A stretch of 64,000 bases of DNA from a virus (IMGVR_UViG_2832410175_000003:32001-96000); one strand, 5' to 3'; counted from the stretch's first letter, positions 9,369 through 20,348 are shown. A program made the numbers and translations. Notes: a model not told the origin generated them from the sequence alone.

Positions 9369-10901
9369 TTAGTGGCGCAGGAACGCACGCATCAGAGATA
9401 CGCCGTCTGCGGACGGTTCATTGACCGTCAGGTTGGAAGTATTGGACAGCTGAACCTGCGGTGCAGATACAGTTGCCTGAATCTGCTGCGCCTGTGCGGA
9501 AACCACACGGTCAGCAATCATCATCTTCAGCGCGGACTCATCCAGTTCGCTGAAAATCTTCGTCATTTCCTCGCTCTGCAGCTCTTCTTCGGTGAACTGC
9601 TTGGAATTCTCTGCATAAGCGCGGAGCTTTGCCTCAGCCGCATCGTGTTCTGCCTTCTGAGCAGCTTCACGGTACGGAGTCAGCGTCTCAACCTCAGCCG
9701 TCAGGTCATTCACCTTCTGGTTGAGAGAAGCAATCGTATCCGTCAGTTCAGCGACCTTGCTGTTGATTTCTGACACGGAAACAGACAGCTTTACGTCAAC
9801 CGGGTCAGATACGGTAACGGTATCGTCGTCGTTTACAACGTAAGATACCTGCATATAGGACAGTTCGTCGCTGCCTTCTACGCGCAGAAGTGCCTTGTGC
9901 TCCTCCGGGAACAGATAAGCCACCCAGTACCAGCCGTCAATCAGGTCTCGTGCACCCTGATCTACCTTTCGCTGGATATCCCAGTCAGTCAGGGAAGCAA
10001 CTACCGGCTCGCCCTGCGGCTCTTCCGGCTGCGGTTCTGCAGGCTCTTCTGGCTGTGGCTCAGAAGCGGTTTCCGGTTCTGCGGGCTGCGGTTCTGCAGG
10101 CTCAGTCTGTGCCGGCTCAACGGCCGGCTCAACAGGAGCTGCCTGTGCAGGCTCAACAGCAGGCTCGGTTGCCTGCGGGTCAACCTGAGGGTCAACCTGC
10201 GGCTCAACCTGTGCAGAAGTCTTATTCTTCTTCAAAGTTTCGTCCTCCTTACTCGATTTTTGGTCGATCAGGTCGCGGCTCAACGCTTCAGCAACCATCA
10301 GCTCATCGGTCTGTGACAAAGAAACAACCTTCGCGTCCTTGCCATAAGCAGGGTCGGCAAATTCATAGCCGAGGAAGGTATTGCCCTCAAATTCATAGCC
10401 GGTGATGGTCTTTACGCCATCTGCAAAGCTGTATTCATAGCTGGCAATCTCCCACGAATTGTGGAGTTTACCCTCGGCAAATAGCCGTTTTATAGCCGCT
10501 ACAGCGTTTTTATTGCGCTTCCAGATCTTTTGAGTTGCAAAAAGGCAGGGGAGTGTCTCCAGCTTCCCGTTTACGTCCACCGTGTCATCTTTAATTTCAA
10601 CAGCTGTGTGAACACCAATCGGAGTCGTGTCGAAGAACAGCTCTCCATCTGCATCCAGTGCAACTTCGTGACTGCCGAATGTCGGCTCGCCGTCTGCGTT
10701 CGTGCGGCATTTTGCATATACCGGCATGTCAATCAGCGACTGAGCGCACTCTTCAGCAGTATCGGAGGGAAGCAGAACCGAGTTCAGATTTGGCTCATCG
10801 TAGTAGCAGATACGGTTGACAAGCGTAAGAAACTGAGAATTCTCTTCGTCCTCGCTCAGTTCAATCGTGCTACTGGTCAGAAATGTCTTTTCTTTATTCA
10901 T
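9369..10901 (-). CDS. Prohead protease-scaffold fusion
   Basis: N-terminal protease-like domain (FGSHE, NSWEI, PAYG), Pro/Glu/Gln repeat linker, C-terminal coiled coil. Confidence 0.75.
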   Translation of the reverse strand: MNKEKTFLTSSTIELSEDEENSQFLTLVNRICYYDEPNLNSVLLPSDTAEECAQSLIDMPVYAKCRTNADGEPTFGSHEVALDADGELFFDTTPIGVHTAVEIKDDTVDVNGKLETLPCLFATQKIWKRNKNAVAAIKRLFAEGKLHNSWEIASYEYSFADGVKTITGYEFEGNTFLGYEFADPAYGKDAKVVSLSQTDELMVAEALSRDLIDQKSSKEDETLKKNKTSAQVEPQVDPQVDPQATEPAVEPAQAAPVEPAVEPAQTEPAEPQPAEPETASEPQPEEPAEPQPEEPQGEPVVASLTDWDIQRKVDQGARDLIDGWYWVAYLFPEEHKALLRVEGSDELSYMQVSYVVNDDDTVTVSDPVDVKLSVSVSEINSKVAELTDTIASLNQKVNDLTAEVETLTPYREAAQKAEHDAAEAKLRAYAENSKQFTEEELQSEEMTKIFSELDESALKMMIADRVVSAQAQQIQATVSAPQVQLSNTSNLTVNEPSADGVSLMRAFLRH

Positions 10902-11082
10902 CGGTCTCGTTCACCTCCTTCGTCACGCCAAACTCCAGGCCGCGCTCTTTCAGCTTTTGTGCGATCAGTTCAGCGTTTTCTTCTTCAAAAAAGGCATCTG
11001 CTGGTTTGCAGATGCCTGATTTGCATAATAGAAAGTAGTCCCGCTTGCAATGCGGGCAAACCAGTTTCAGCTTTATTCCCAT
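10894..11082 (-). CDS. Small Zn-ribbon protein
   Basis: CPHC...C...C; packed between portal and protease genes. Confidence 0.55.
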   Translation of the reverse strand: MGIKLKLVCPHCKRDYFLLCKSGICKPADAFFEEENAELIAQKLKERGLEFGVTKEVNETDE

Positions 11083-11085
11083 GGC

Positions 11086-12681
11086 TTACTCCCGTGTGTC
11101 GTTGTAGGTTTCGTCGTATCCCTGTTTGTCCGGGTCATTGGAATCAGCCGGTCGGCCGGGTTCGCTCTCGCCGTCAGCGCTGCCATCAGAATTATACGAG
11201 GTAGCATACGGCAGGAAGATATCGCTAAGCCCATCAGCCTCTTCCTTTTCGCGCTTAACCCGTTCATCCTCAAGGTCGATGCCGACCATGCCGAGGGCAG
11301 TCTCACGGCTGACGGCAAACGTGCTGTACAGCAGCTTACTAAGCTCCATACGCATATCCATGTCGAGCAGCTCAGAGTCGATAATCTTTACACTCGGGAT
11401 ATACTCGGCACCAATGCCGTTGAGCGACAGAACCTGACGGTAGAAATGCTCCAACATACGCTCTACCTGCTCAGAGATAGAGTTGATGCACTTGAGCAGC
11501 TGTGACAGGTTGATGTTAGCCGTAGAAGCCGTCTGGGACTTATCTGCCGCCAGAAAGGCAACACCCAGAGACGAAAGAACTTTGTTGCGGTACAGGTTTA
11601 CCGTTTCCGCGGAGGTTTCGTTTACCTCCGGCTCAACATACTTGATTTCCTTAACGGATGGACCAGTGGTAACAACAACCGTGCTGGCTTTCCACGCCTG
11701 CATCAGGTTGTCATGGTTATATGCCTGCTCTTCAAAACAACGGCGGTCAGCACTGGGGCCAAGACATTTCTCATTCATCACCTGATGGATGATTTTCTTA
11801 GCCTTGCTTTTCGCCGTGGTCTCATCTGCGTTGCGGTAAGTCTCCAGCATCAAAACGGAAGACATTGCACGGAAGATAGGGGAAACACCATATTTCTTGC
11901 CAAAATTGTTGACGCGAACCATGTAAGTGTAGTTGTTGTCAAGAATAGCATAGGTCTCCTTAGCCTTCATCGCTTCACCGACCTCTTTCGGGAAGGTTGC
12001 TTCAACCTCTTCCTGCGTGTCGTTGAAGAACAGAGGCTTGCGCTGCTTGTTCTTGAGCATGGTCTTCTGCAGTGCAGACTTCAGGTTTTCGATGCCCACC
12101 AGAAGAACCGGATTGCCATTGCTCTCATAGCCGGAGTTCTCGATGATGTCCAACGGGAGCCAATCAATCTGCCAGTTCTCCGTGTTATTGCGAAGCACAG
12201 CCGCGAAGTTGCCCTCGATATATGCCGTGATGATCGCTTCTCGGATAAACTGCTCAACGCGCACCTGAGAGTTGAAATCATTCAGGATAGCCTGTGCCTT
12301 TTCCAGCGTTTTGGTCTTGTTGCGGGCACCGTTGAAATTACGGTACGACAGCCGGATATCCGTGTTGATATTGTTCTGGATGGACTGCACGACCATGCCG
12401 ACAATGTCATCAATGTTGATGTACTTGCGGATAATAGCATTGATGCTCTGGACGCTGGACAGATTGGACTGTGCTCCTTCACCCAGAGAGGAGATCGTGC
12501 TGGTAGTCAGCGTACTTGCTGAAGCGCCATCGTTGAGATATGCGCTGTACATGCGATTTTGCGGGTCATATGTCGCAACAGCGTGCTTGTATCGCTCCGC
12601 AGTTTCGCGGTCGGCAAATGAGGTGACGATAGTTGCACCATCTTCCGCCTCATCAATCAGCGGCTTTGGATTTTCAGCCAT
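11086..12681 (-). CDS. Portal protein
   Basis: 531 aa directly after TerL; KKYGVSPIF motif; acidic C-tail with PGRP. Confidence 0.8.
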   Translation of the reverse strand: MAENPKPLIDEAEDGATIVTSFADRETAERYKHAVATYDPQNRMYSAYLNDGASASTLTTSTISSLGEGAQSNLSSVQSINAIIRKYINIDDIVGMVVQSIQNNINTDIRLSYRNFNGARNKTKTLEKAQAILNDFNSQVRVEQFIREAIITAYIEGNFAAVLRNNTENWQIDWLPLDIIENSGYESNGNPVLLVGIENLKSALQKTMLKNKQRKPLFFNDTQEEVEATFPKEVGEAMKAKETYAILDNNYTYMVRVNNFGKKYGVSPIFRAMSSVLMLETYRNADETTAKSKAKKIIHQVMNEKCLGPSADRRCFEEQAYNHDNLMQAWKASTVVVTTGPSVKEIKYVEPEVNETSAETVNLYRNKVLSSLGVAFLAADKSQTASTANINLSQLLKCINSISEQVERMLEHFYRQVLSLNGIGAEYIPSVKIIDSELLDMDMRMELSKLLYSTFAVSRETALGMVGIDLEDERVKREKEEADGLSDIFLPYATSYNSDGSADGESEPGRPADSNDPDKQGYDETYNDTRE

Positions 12682-12696
12682 GATGTCACCTCCAAG

Positions 12697-14409
12697 TTAA
12701 AATTCCACGGTCGAAACGCACCGTGGCGCGTATTTGAATTCATCCGTTGACCGTCGGCGCAGGTCGCGCTCTAGTTCGGATGCGATGTAGTTGGCATAAG
12801 CCAGACTCGAGTAACGGTCTTTACGCATACCGGATACTTCGTACACCCTGATGTTCTGACCAGCCATCTCGTATTCGAGGTTGATCGTCTCGTTTACAAA
12901 GGCGGTAGTCTGGTAGTACGGATGCTGGTATGCAACCTGCTCCTCGACGGACAGCTTGCGGTAAGCCTTGCTCTTTTCGAGCAGCTCAACGCCATCAATT
13001 TCGTTGATGAGCAGACGTAGTTTGCCTCGCTTGATGCAGTCTCGAAGGGAAACTGCCATCTCAGAGTTCTTACTAGCACTCGCTTTAATGGAGTACACAA
13101 CACGCGGCGCATTCGGATTACGGCTGCGGGCAGCCATATTCTCATCGTTAATGCACGACCACGCTTTGTATTCCACTCCTCGGGTCTCGTCATAAAGGTC
13201 TTGAACAAGCTGGTCGAAAATTGAGATGCCTACACCATTGGTATCAACTACGACATAATCCACATCCAAATCGTCATAAAGCTGACGGATGCGGATTGCT
13301 TGATCTTGACCATGACCACCATCAATGGTCTCCATGTAACACTCATTACGGATATACTGTCCGGAGTTGTTAGGCAGGAGCTGCAACAGGGTGATCGCTG
13401 TTGCGTCGTTCTTCGCGCCGCCGGAGGTTGCGATATCGCAGCTCAGCAGGCGAATTTCCCCCGGTTCCTTGCTTGGGTACTTCAGCTTGGGATCGCCAAG
13501 TGCCGCATACATAGGCCGCGGATAGATTGGGCGCGTGATGCGCCGTACAGAGTTCAGGTCTGTAAAAGAGAAGAATGCACGTTCAGATTCGCCATAGAAT
13601 TCTGAGCACATTTCCATGCTCCATGAGATTTCGTTGAAATCATCTTCCTGCATCTCTTCTCGAATCTGTTCCATCGGATAATATCCTGCAGAAACAGGCA
13701 ACTGATAAGGGAAACCGCACACGATATACGGCTCGCTCTTGATCATCGACTTAAAATAAGCCTTAAATTTCGCCCAGCTGTAATGCCATTTGAAGTATGC
13801 CGAGCTGATATAGGTCTCCGTGTTACGTTCCTTTGGATAGTTCTTGTATTTCGGGAAACTGTAAAAGCCCGGGGTACGCTCGCCAGCTTTGAACTTTCTG
13901 AGCACCTTATCAATAATATCCTTCGGAATCTGCACGAATTCGTCCGCAATCATCCAGTTTGTACGCGCAGAACGTGAAGAATCACGTGCTGTTACAACTT
14001 TGACCACGGAGCCATTTTTGAATTTGATATACGCCTCGCTAGGCGTCACCTTGTAATCTTCAATCTCGTTCGTTAGATTGGGCGAGTCAGGCATGAACTT
14101 TTCGACTATCTTGTTCAATAGGTTCGTTGACTGACTTCGGACGCCGGCTGCGACAGTGACTTCCAGACCGGGATACAAAATGCATCGAACACAAATAGCC
14201 GCCGCCACGATCATGGACTTACCCATGCCGCGAGAAGCGATAATCATCACATAGGTGTTCAGACAGATTAAGTCCAGTAGAATGCACTGGAACATCGCCA
14301 GCCATTTCATGCCGAGATAATCCTGAGCAAAACGATGTGGATTAGCTCGATAGAAACTAACCCACTTGCACATACCTCGTTCAATTTTTTCAGCTTTGGT
14401 GGCATCCAT
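12697..14409 (-). CDS. terL: Terminase large subunit
   Basis: Walker A ASRGMGKS, Walker B MIADEF, ISSA, nuclease SCDIA and RKDRYSSLAY. Confidence 0.93.
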   Translation of the reverse strand: MDATKAEKIERGMCKWVSFYRANPHRFAQDYLGMKWLAMFQCILLDLICLNTYVMIIASRGMGKSMIVAAAICVRCILYPGLEVTVAAGVRSQSTNLLNKIVEKFMPDSPNLTNEIEDYKVTPSEAYIKFKNGSVVKVVTARDSSRSARTNWMIADEFVQIPKDIIDKVLRKFKAGERTPGFYSFPKYKNYPKERNTETYISSAYFKWHYSWAKFKAYFKSMIKSEPYIVCGFPYQLPVSAGYYPMEQIREEMQEDDFNEISWSMEMCSEFYGESERAFFSFTDLNSVRRITRPIYPRPMYAALGDPKLKYPSKEPGEIRLLSCDIATSGGAKNDATAITLLQLLPNNSGQYIRNECYMETIDGGHGQDQAIRIRQLYDDLDVDYVVVDTNGVGISIFDQLVQDLYDETRGVEYKAWSCINDENMAARSRNPNAPRVVYSIKASASKNSEMAVSLRDCIKRGKLRLLINEIDGVELLEKSKAYRKLSVEEQVAYQHPYYQTTAFVNETINLEYEMAGQNIRVYEVSGMRKDRYSSLAYANYIASELERDLRRRSTDEFKYAPRCVSTVEF

Positions 14410-15476
14410 CAGGCATCACCGCCGTTCTCTTCTCCGGCTTCCTTTTCTGCCAGAAGGTCAACACCCTCCATAGCGCGATTCATAATGGCGTCAAAGACGT
14501 CCTCATCATCGAGATCCTCCAAATCAGGGTCATCGACGCGATATTTGTTCATTTCGTCCTCGTACATCTTGGCGTGTCGGTTCTTAATGCCAAGCATATG
14601 GCACAAATGGCCGAGGAAGTAAATGCTGATGAGACGGATGATACCGTCCACATCCTTCCACTCTGGAAGCGGTTCCGGAATCGGGTCGTGATCCTCGAAT
14701 CGTTTAATCATCTTTCCGAGCGGGATTTCCGACTCTCGATCCTTTGCTTCAACGATTTTCGGCGTCAGAGCAGCACGGTCGAGTGTCTTCTGATAGGTGT
14801 CGGTCAATTTCTGATAGACGTCCACCTTGCCGTCCAACAGCATCTTGTTCTGCTGCAGCTTGATGATACAGAGCTCGCGAACCAGAGATTGCTGTGATTT
14901 GCCTTTAACGACACACTTCGCCAGCCAGTCCTCATACTCATTCTGCAAGAATTCATACTCGGTGGCGGTAAAGTTAAGCCCCCACTCATTCATCAGTTCC
15001 TTGGTTACTTGGAAATCTGTCTGCTGAGTAGGGGTTTCGGTATCTTCATAGGTCTGCAAAGCCAAGTCCTGTTCCTCACGAATCGTCGAATCGTAAGTCT
15101 TGCTGTCATAAGCGTTAAGGTTCAGTTTTGCGATATAAGCCGACATACGGCTCTTATGTGCTCCCATCTCTTTGGATGCTTCAACCAGAGTAGGGGAGTA
15201 GTATAGATCAAACTTCATGCAGATACGCCGAATCGCCGTGTCTGCATCGAACATTTCCTGATAGCGGTCGAACAGCGCATCAATACAGCCGCGGCAGACA
15301 GGAAGTCGGCCGCTGTTGTTGCGATACAGCATTGTGTTCGGTGCATTGTAAAAATCAGTCGCGCGGGAATATTCCGTCCCGCAGCAGACGCATCGCTTAA
15401 TCTGGTGCGGCTTTACTGCGGGTGTGAGCTTGTCTTCTTTTTTAGGGATGGTGGGAATCTTAGGCACTAATGCCAT
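14409..15476 (-). CDS. Probable terminase small subunit (Zn finger)
   Basis: CVCC...CRGC; directly upstream of TerL as in SPbeta-like phages. Confidence 0.6.
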   Translation of the reverse strand: MALVPKIPTIPKKEDKLTPAVKPHQIKRCVCCGTEYSRATDFYNAPNTMLYRNNSGRLPVCRGCIDALFDRYQEMFDADTAIRRICMKFDLYYSPTLVEASKEMGAHKSRMSAYIAKLNLNAYDSKTYDSTIREEQDLALQTYEDTETPTQQTDFQVTKELMNEWGLNFTATEYEFLQNEYEDWLAKCVVKGKSQQSLVRELCIIKLQQNKMLLDGKVDVYQKLTDTYQKTLDRAALTPKIVEAKDRESEIPLGKMIKRFEDHDPIPEPLPEWKDVDGIIRLISIYFLGHLCHMLGIKNRHAKMYEDEMNKYRVDDPDLEDLDDEDVFDAIMNRAMEGVDLLAEKEAGEENGGDA

Positions 15477-15835
15477 TAACCCTCACCACCTTCCGCCTCC
15501 TGCATCGTAGCGTAGAACTGGTCGGAGGCTTCGTTCAGCTTCGGGAAAGCAGTGAATCGTACCGTGTGCTTAGTCGGTACAATGCGCTTCTTGCCATCAG
15601 AACCCGGGAAGTTGTCTACCATCTGGTAGGATTTACGCTCGTGGTTTTCAAACTTGCCGAAATCCGGCAGCGAGAGCACCTCGCATTCCTTGAGAAGCTG
15701 CTTAATGCTATCCAGCACGCTGTTTACAACCTTCTTGCTGTCTTCGTAAGCCATCTCATACAGTTCGGAGTGCTTCGAATACAGCGCAGCGTAATACAGC
15801 GTGTTCTTATCTTCTTTCTTCTTGGCTCTTGCCAT
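15476..15835 (-). CDS. hup: HU/IHF-like DNA-binding protein
   Basis: LSLPDFGKFENHERK...IVPTKHTVRFTAFPKL. Confidence 0.85.
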   Translation of the reverse strand: MARAKKKEDKNTLYYAALYSKHSELYEMAYEDSKKVVNSVLDSIKQLLKECEVLSLPDFGKFENHERKSYQMVDNFPGSDGKKRIVPTKHTVRFTAFPKLNEASDQFYATMQEAEGGEG

Positions 15836-15838
15836 GCT

Positions 15839-17044
15839 TTAATTTTCCTCCAGTTTGAGATAATACACGGCATCGCGGCCATAGTCCTGCTCGAAAGTCA
15901 TCAGGAGCTGGCTCGGCTTAGCATAAAGTCGCTTGCCATGTGCATGATTATCCGAACCGCAAAGAGCCGGCGCGATCATGCTGTCCACACCGAATCGGTC
16001 AAGCGATTCTGCATGGTGCTTGTCACCCATGATGGCAATATCCACCGGAGTGCCAAGGTCGCGCGACAGCAGCATATTCGCCGTCACGCCAAAGTCTCGA
16101 ACAGTGTCCAGATCGCCGTGTGTAGAAACAACGGTCTTGCCGCCGATGAAGTCTGTGATGAACTCCTCGCACATCGGGCAGACGTTGATGGTATCGTCAT
16201 CCTTGAGTCGTGTTGCCAGCCACCAAGGTATGATTTTCTCCATGTTATCGGCGTGGATGCTTTCTTTTTTGTTCTGGACGGTTCGCATATGATTGCCGTA
16301 AGTAGAAAACACATCTACACGGTCTACAGCCGCAGAGATCTCATGAATTGCCTCGGCAAGAATTTCTGAGACGCGCATCAGCTGGTCACAGGTGTTCTCG
16401 ACTGATTCCAGTCGCACCGTAGGATGAATTGCTCCATGAGCAAAATCGCCCAGCAGATGAATGTGCAGGTCGGTGACCTGATGCATCAGCAGACGCTCTA
16501 CCGTCTCATCAACCAGGCGGCGGACACGCTGAGCGCATACCTCTGGGTTATAGCTATTGAACGGGTTGTCGCATACCATGCCATAGTGCCAGTCGGTCAG
16601 GACAAGCAGGGCTTCCGTTCCGAGGCGATGGACTTCTCCCGCTCGAGACAGCGGAACCAGTGGTTTGCTCATATTGAGCTGCTCAGCTGAGCGGATAATA
16701 CACTCGTGCAGGCTTTCTTCGCGTGCCTTTGCGTTGACTACGCGGGTCAGTGCCTGACGCTGGTCGTAGAACTTGCGCTGTTCCTTGCGGAGCTCAAGCT
16801 CGCGCTGTTCAATCTCGTGAAGCTGAACACTGTTATCGGTCAGCTTATCGCGGTTGGCTTCAAAGAGTTTGCAGAATGCCGCATAGTCCTTGCGGTACTT
16901 GCTCTCGGTGTACTGGTAGCCAAGCTGATAGTTCAACAGGTCAGCGACGTCCTGCCAAGAACCAATCTGCTCTTTGATGTTACCGATACGATAAATGTAG
17001 GCGTACTCGCTCTCATCTTCTTTTCTGAGCCAGTCAGTCTTCAC
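15839..17044 (-). CDS. Calcineurin-like phosphoesterase
   Basis: DWHYG, LGD, GNH, HGD and DKHH motifs. Confidence 0.85.
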   Translation of the reverse strand: MKTDWLRKEDESEYAYIYRIGNIKEQIGSWQDVADLLNYQLGYQYTESKYRKDYAAFCKLFEANRDKLTDNSVQLHEIEQRELELRKEQRKFYDQRQALTRVVNAKAREESLHECIIRSAEQLNMSKPLVPLSRAGEVHRLGTEALLVLTDWHYGMVCDNPFNSYNPEVCAQRVRRLVDETVERLLMHQVTDLHIHLLGDFAHGAIHPTVRLESVENTCDQLMRVSEILAEAIHEISAAVDRVDVFSTYGNHMRTVQNKKESIHADNMEKIIPWWLATRLKDDDTINVCPMCEEFITDFIGGKTVVSTHGDLDTVRDFGVTANMLLSRDLGTPVDIAIMGDKHHAESLDRFGVDSMIAPALCGSDNHAHGKRLYAKPSQLLMTFEQDYGRDAVYYLKLEEN

Positions 17045-17253
17045 GCATTAGCCTCCTCGGCAAGGGCAGCCAGTCGTGCGCGGCGACGGTCGATAACGTC
17101 AAGCAGTGCAGCGGCGTCCTTGTTATGTGGAATAACGCGGAGGTACTTCTCTTCTTCGCACAGCCAATACTTGCCGGTGGCGGTACGCGGAACACGAAGC
17201 TCGGGATAAAGTTTGTAGATAGTGGCTCTCTCAGCCTTGGAAATTCGGATCAA
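17041..17253 (-). CDS. Small basic hypothetical protein
   Basis: TTG start with AAGGAG RBS; ATGA overlap with next gene. Confidence 0.65.
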   Translation of the reverse strand: MIRISKAERATIYKLYPELRVPRTATGKYWLCEEEKYLRVIPHNKDAAALLDVIDRRRARLAALAEEANA

Positions 17254-17328
17254 ATCGTTATGTCTCCTTAATTTTTGATAGGTTAGAACGACGAAAAATC
17301 GCTTTCTATACCACTTTGGAGAAAAATA

Positions 17329-17373
17329 AAAAATGGGGCGATTCCCGAAATTTCGGAATATCGCCCCATTTTT
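17329..17373 (-). terminator. Long hairpin/terminator after RNAP gene
   Basis: AAAAATGGGGCGAT...ATCGCCCCATTTTT followed by T-rich tract on minus strand. Confidence 0.65.
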
Positions 17374-17402
17374 ATGTGTCATACTTCTCTCGATTTTTTA
17401 TG

Positions 17403-20348
17403 TCAACTTGTCATTTTCTGCTTTTTCTCGATGTTCGCTCGGAGGATCTTCGCAATTTCCTGCATAGTGTGAGGTCGATTTCGTTCTTTGCGACGTTCTT
17501 CTTTTTCTGCTTCGTAGAGCTCTTCGAACACACGGCGTTTTGCCTCATACGCCTCAAATGTATAACCGTACAGCTTTACACTACCTGTCAGGCATTCGGT
17601 CGCGATCTGAATTGGCTCACGGCTCGTCTCGAGCATCTCGTAGAACGAAGAGTTCGCCGTCCCGAACAAAGAATCGAAGAGCAGCTTACTCACGTCTGAA
17701 TTTTCTTCTTTCTCCATGTCACGCAAGATAACATACATAGTAGCCGTATTGCATTTGTATTTTCCAACATATTCAATCAAATCTCGCTTAATTTCCTTGA
17801 TTTCATCCCAGTATGCTTCGTAACGTTCATTGGCATCATGATTATCTCCATCTTTAACAGGAGATGCCAGAGCTCCATAAATGGAAGCTATCTGTCTGCG
17901 AGCATCCCGGACAGCTTCGATGAACTTCCGTGCCAGCTCATACCGCGCTCCGGCCGTACCGACCATTACCGGGTCGATTACATAACTAAAGGGCTTGTTT
18001 GCTTTGTACGAGCCTCTCCAAAACCGGCAGCGGTTGATTGTGTGCTGAACGTAGTCCATCGTGGTTTTGTGAAACAGATAGGCTTTCTTTTCGCTGTCGT
18101 AGTATCCTTTACGGCGAGCCAGCGTCCCGAAGAAGTTCGGTTTAATCGCGCGACCCTTGTCGTCGCGGCGCTCATACTTAGCCTTCAGTCGCTTATACTC
18201 GTCGCGGTTGTTTACCACGAATTCTTTTTTTGCTTTGTCAATTTCCAGGCCACTCATGACATCCAGCATAGACGTGTCATAGTAAATCTCAGCCACATCC
18301 TCAAAAGCCGCGCCGCTGTTGAGCTTATCCCAAAGCAGACTGTTAAGCTCCTGAGAAAGGTTGATAATCTCGCCGATCATATTTTCGCTAGTTTTGATGT
18401 CGAGGTCTGTCTGCTGGGCACTGGTATAAGCACGCTTGGTTTTTTTAGACTCAACCAACGAAGTCGGAACTTTGAAGAGGGAGTAATTCTTCTCAGCCGC
18501 TTTAATCAGCATTGGATCGTCAGTCAACATACATGTGTCCGAGTCAAAATCAGCGCCTGACAATCTTTGTAAAATATTTTCGCCGATAGAATTCAAGCAT
18601 ACGATTTCTTCTGTTAAGTTCATATACCGGCGCACTTCAGGCACATACAGGTTGTCCGCCAGCAAGATATTCCCCTGACACACATGCGGACTGCGCGACC
18701 CCAACAGACGCTGACCTTCATCAAACCGCAGTGACATCACATGACCGGCCGGGATAGACGACTCGCCGTCGAACTGCCCGATAGACGCTTTCAGCATTTC
18801 CAGTGGATTGCCGACCAGAGTCGAATAATTACCGTTGACCAAAACATGTCCGCGACGGATGTTGTTCTGATACGCACGAATCAGCCCGTCTCGGAACTCG
18901 GCATACATCTGCGTCTGTGCGAATCTGTCGTTGATACCCAACAGACGGAAGATAATGTCGTTTCTGGTCAGCAGGGGAGATTTCATCTCACTAGCCGCCG
19001 ACTGCTGTTTCAGATGATAGCGCATAACCGCCGGATTGTTCTTCAGCTGTCGCATGTACTCGATGGACGGCTCGAGGAACTCATCCACCTCTTCCTGCGA
19101 CATCTGCAGAGTATTCAGCAATTGATAATGGGTAGACACCATACGTCCGTCAAAGAAGTGCGTCTTCTTCTCATGCTTTACCACACCGAACATAGGGTCG
19201 GTGCGCTTCAGCCACTCGCGCAGCCGGCCAAACTTCAAATACTTAATGCTGGACGGCGTAGTTATCAGCTTGATGTCCTCTATGGACTTCGCCAACGTGA
19301 ATCCGTTCAGCTGCTCGATTTTCGTAATCCCGTGGTCAGCAAGGAACTGTTGAATGTTCGCGTTGAAGCAGCAGGACTTGAAAAATCGGTTCCGGAGCAG
19401 CAGCATGCCGTACTGCTCGTACTTGGGGCCAAACAGGGACTTGTCCATCAAAGACTGACCGTCCCAGATGCTGTTCGTGATCTCGACGTGCTCGGGGCCA
19501 GACACCAGATGACCGTCTTCACGCACTCTGGTCGCGATAACGTCATCCGTAAACGTGCTCTCAAAATCATCGATTACCAGAAAGTTCTCCGGCCGCACCT
19601 CCAGCGTGTCCACAATAGAGCTTGCCGTCAGCGCGATATAGCTTTCCAGAGCAGCGAGGTCAATCGCCTGTCCCGGCTGCACTTTAATGCCGCACATCTC
19701 CCACTTGTGCATAGCAGGGTAGAGGCGTTCGTCGATGTACAAACATTTGCCGACACGAGAGGAACCGGCCGACCGCTTGTAACGAACATAATGGATGCCG
19801 TCACAATAGAAGCCTTTTTCGTAAAGCTCCTCGCGGATGTCAGCAACACTAACCTCAGTGGCAATGTTAATCTTCGCTTTGTACTGGCCGTCTTCCAGAT
19901 AAAAATACTTGCCGAGTACGGAAGGGGGTAGGGGGTTCTGGACATTCGTGTCACACTGGATGGCAATCAGCTCGCCGTCGACAACATACGCACAGTCATC
20001 CATATTCTCGGCAATCTCATCGTATCGCCAGCCGTTTTTGATGTACAGCGTCTTGCGGATACGATTGAATGCCTTGACGGCGTAATGCGCCGTCACGTTG
20101 ATAACACGGTGGGTGTATTCCTTACCGCCCAGCTCAAAAGAGAAATTCCTGCGGCGGTATACCCGCTCGTAGACATCTCTCAACTTGAGCAGGTCGAGCG
20201 AGTAATCCAGCGTGTTTCTGAATCGCTTCAGATTGAACCCGCCGTCCGAAGACCGGATGTTGTATCCGATCTCGGTTGGACGGTCATAGTGGTTTGCGAG
20301 GTAGACATCCTTGCCGTCCACACTTGGAATGTATACGGCATTCGTCAT
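17403..20348 (-). CDS. yonO: YonO-like single-subunit (RdRP-like double-psi barrel) DNA-dependent RNA polymerase
   Basis: 981 aa; KRSAGSSRVG, IWDGQSL, RSPH and catalytic SGADFDSD (DxDGD-type); upstream of late operon as in SPbeta. Confidence 0.88.
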   Translation of the reverse strand: MTNAVYIPSVDGKDVYLANHYDRPTEIGYNIRSSDGGFNLKRFRNTLDYSLDLLKLRDVYERVYRRRNFSFELGGKEYTHRVINVTAHYAVKAFNRIRKTLYIKNGWRYDEIAENMDDCAYVVDGELIAIQCDTNVQNPLPPSVLGKYFYLEDGQYKAKINIATEVSVADIREELYEKGFYCDGIHYVRYKRSAGSSRVGKCLYIDERLYPAMHKWEMCGIKVQPGQAIDLAALESYIALTASSIVDTLEVRPENFLVIDDFESTFTDDVIATRVREDGHLVSGPEHVEITNSIWDGQSLMDKSLFGPKYEQYGMLLLRNRFFKSCCFNANIQQFLADHGITKIEQLNGFTLAKSIEDIKLITTPSSIKYLKFGRLREWLKRTDPMFGVVKHEKKTHFFDGRMVSTHYQLLNTLQMSQEEVDEFLEPSIEYMRQLKNNPAVMRYHLKQQSAASEMKSPLLTRNDIIFRLLGINDRFAQTQMYAEFRDGLIRAYQNNIRRGHVLVNGNYSTLVGNPLEMLKASIGQFDGESSIPAGHVMSLRFDEGQRLLGSRSPHVCQGNILLADNLYVPEVRRYMNLTEEIVCLNSIGENILQRLSGADFDSDTCMLTDDPMLIKAAEKNYSLFKVPTSLVESKKTKRAYTSAQQTDLDIKTSENMIGEIINLSQELNSLLWDKLNSGAAFEDVAEIYYDTSMLDVMSGLEIDKAKKEFVVNNRDEYKRLKAKYERRDDKGRAIKPNFFGTLARRKGYYDSEKKAYLFHKTTMDYVQHTINRCRFWRGSYKANKPFSYVIDPVMVGTAGARYELARKFIEAVRDARRQIASIYGALASPVKDGDNHDANERYEAYWDEIKEIKRDLIEYVGKYKCNTATMYVILRDMEKEENSDVSKLLFDSLFGTANSSFYEMLETSREPIQIATECLTGSVKLYGYTFEAYEAKRRVFEELYEAEKEERRKERNRPHTMQEIAKILRANIEKKQKMTS

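Noticed and set aside
10000-10215. Repetitive DNA in protease gene
   Set aside because: Encodes an ordinary Pro/Glu/Gln linker between protease and scaffold
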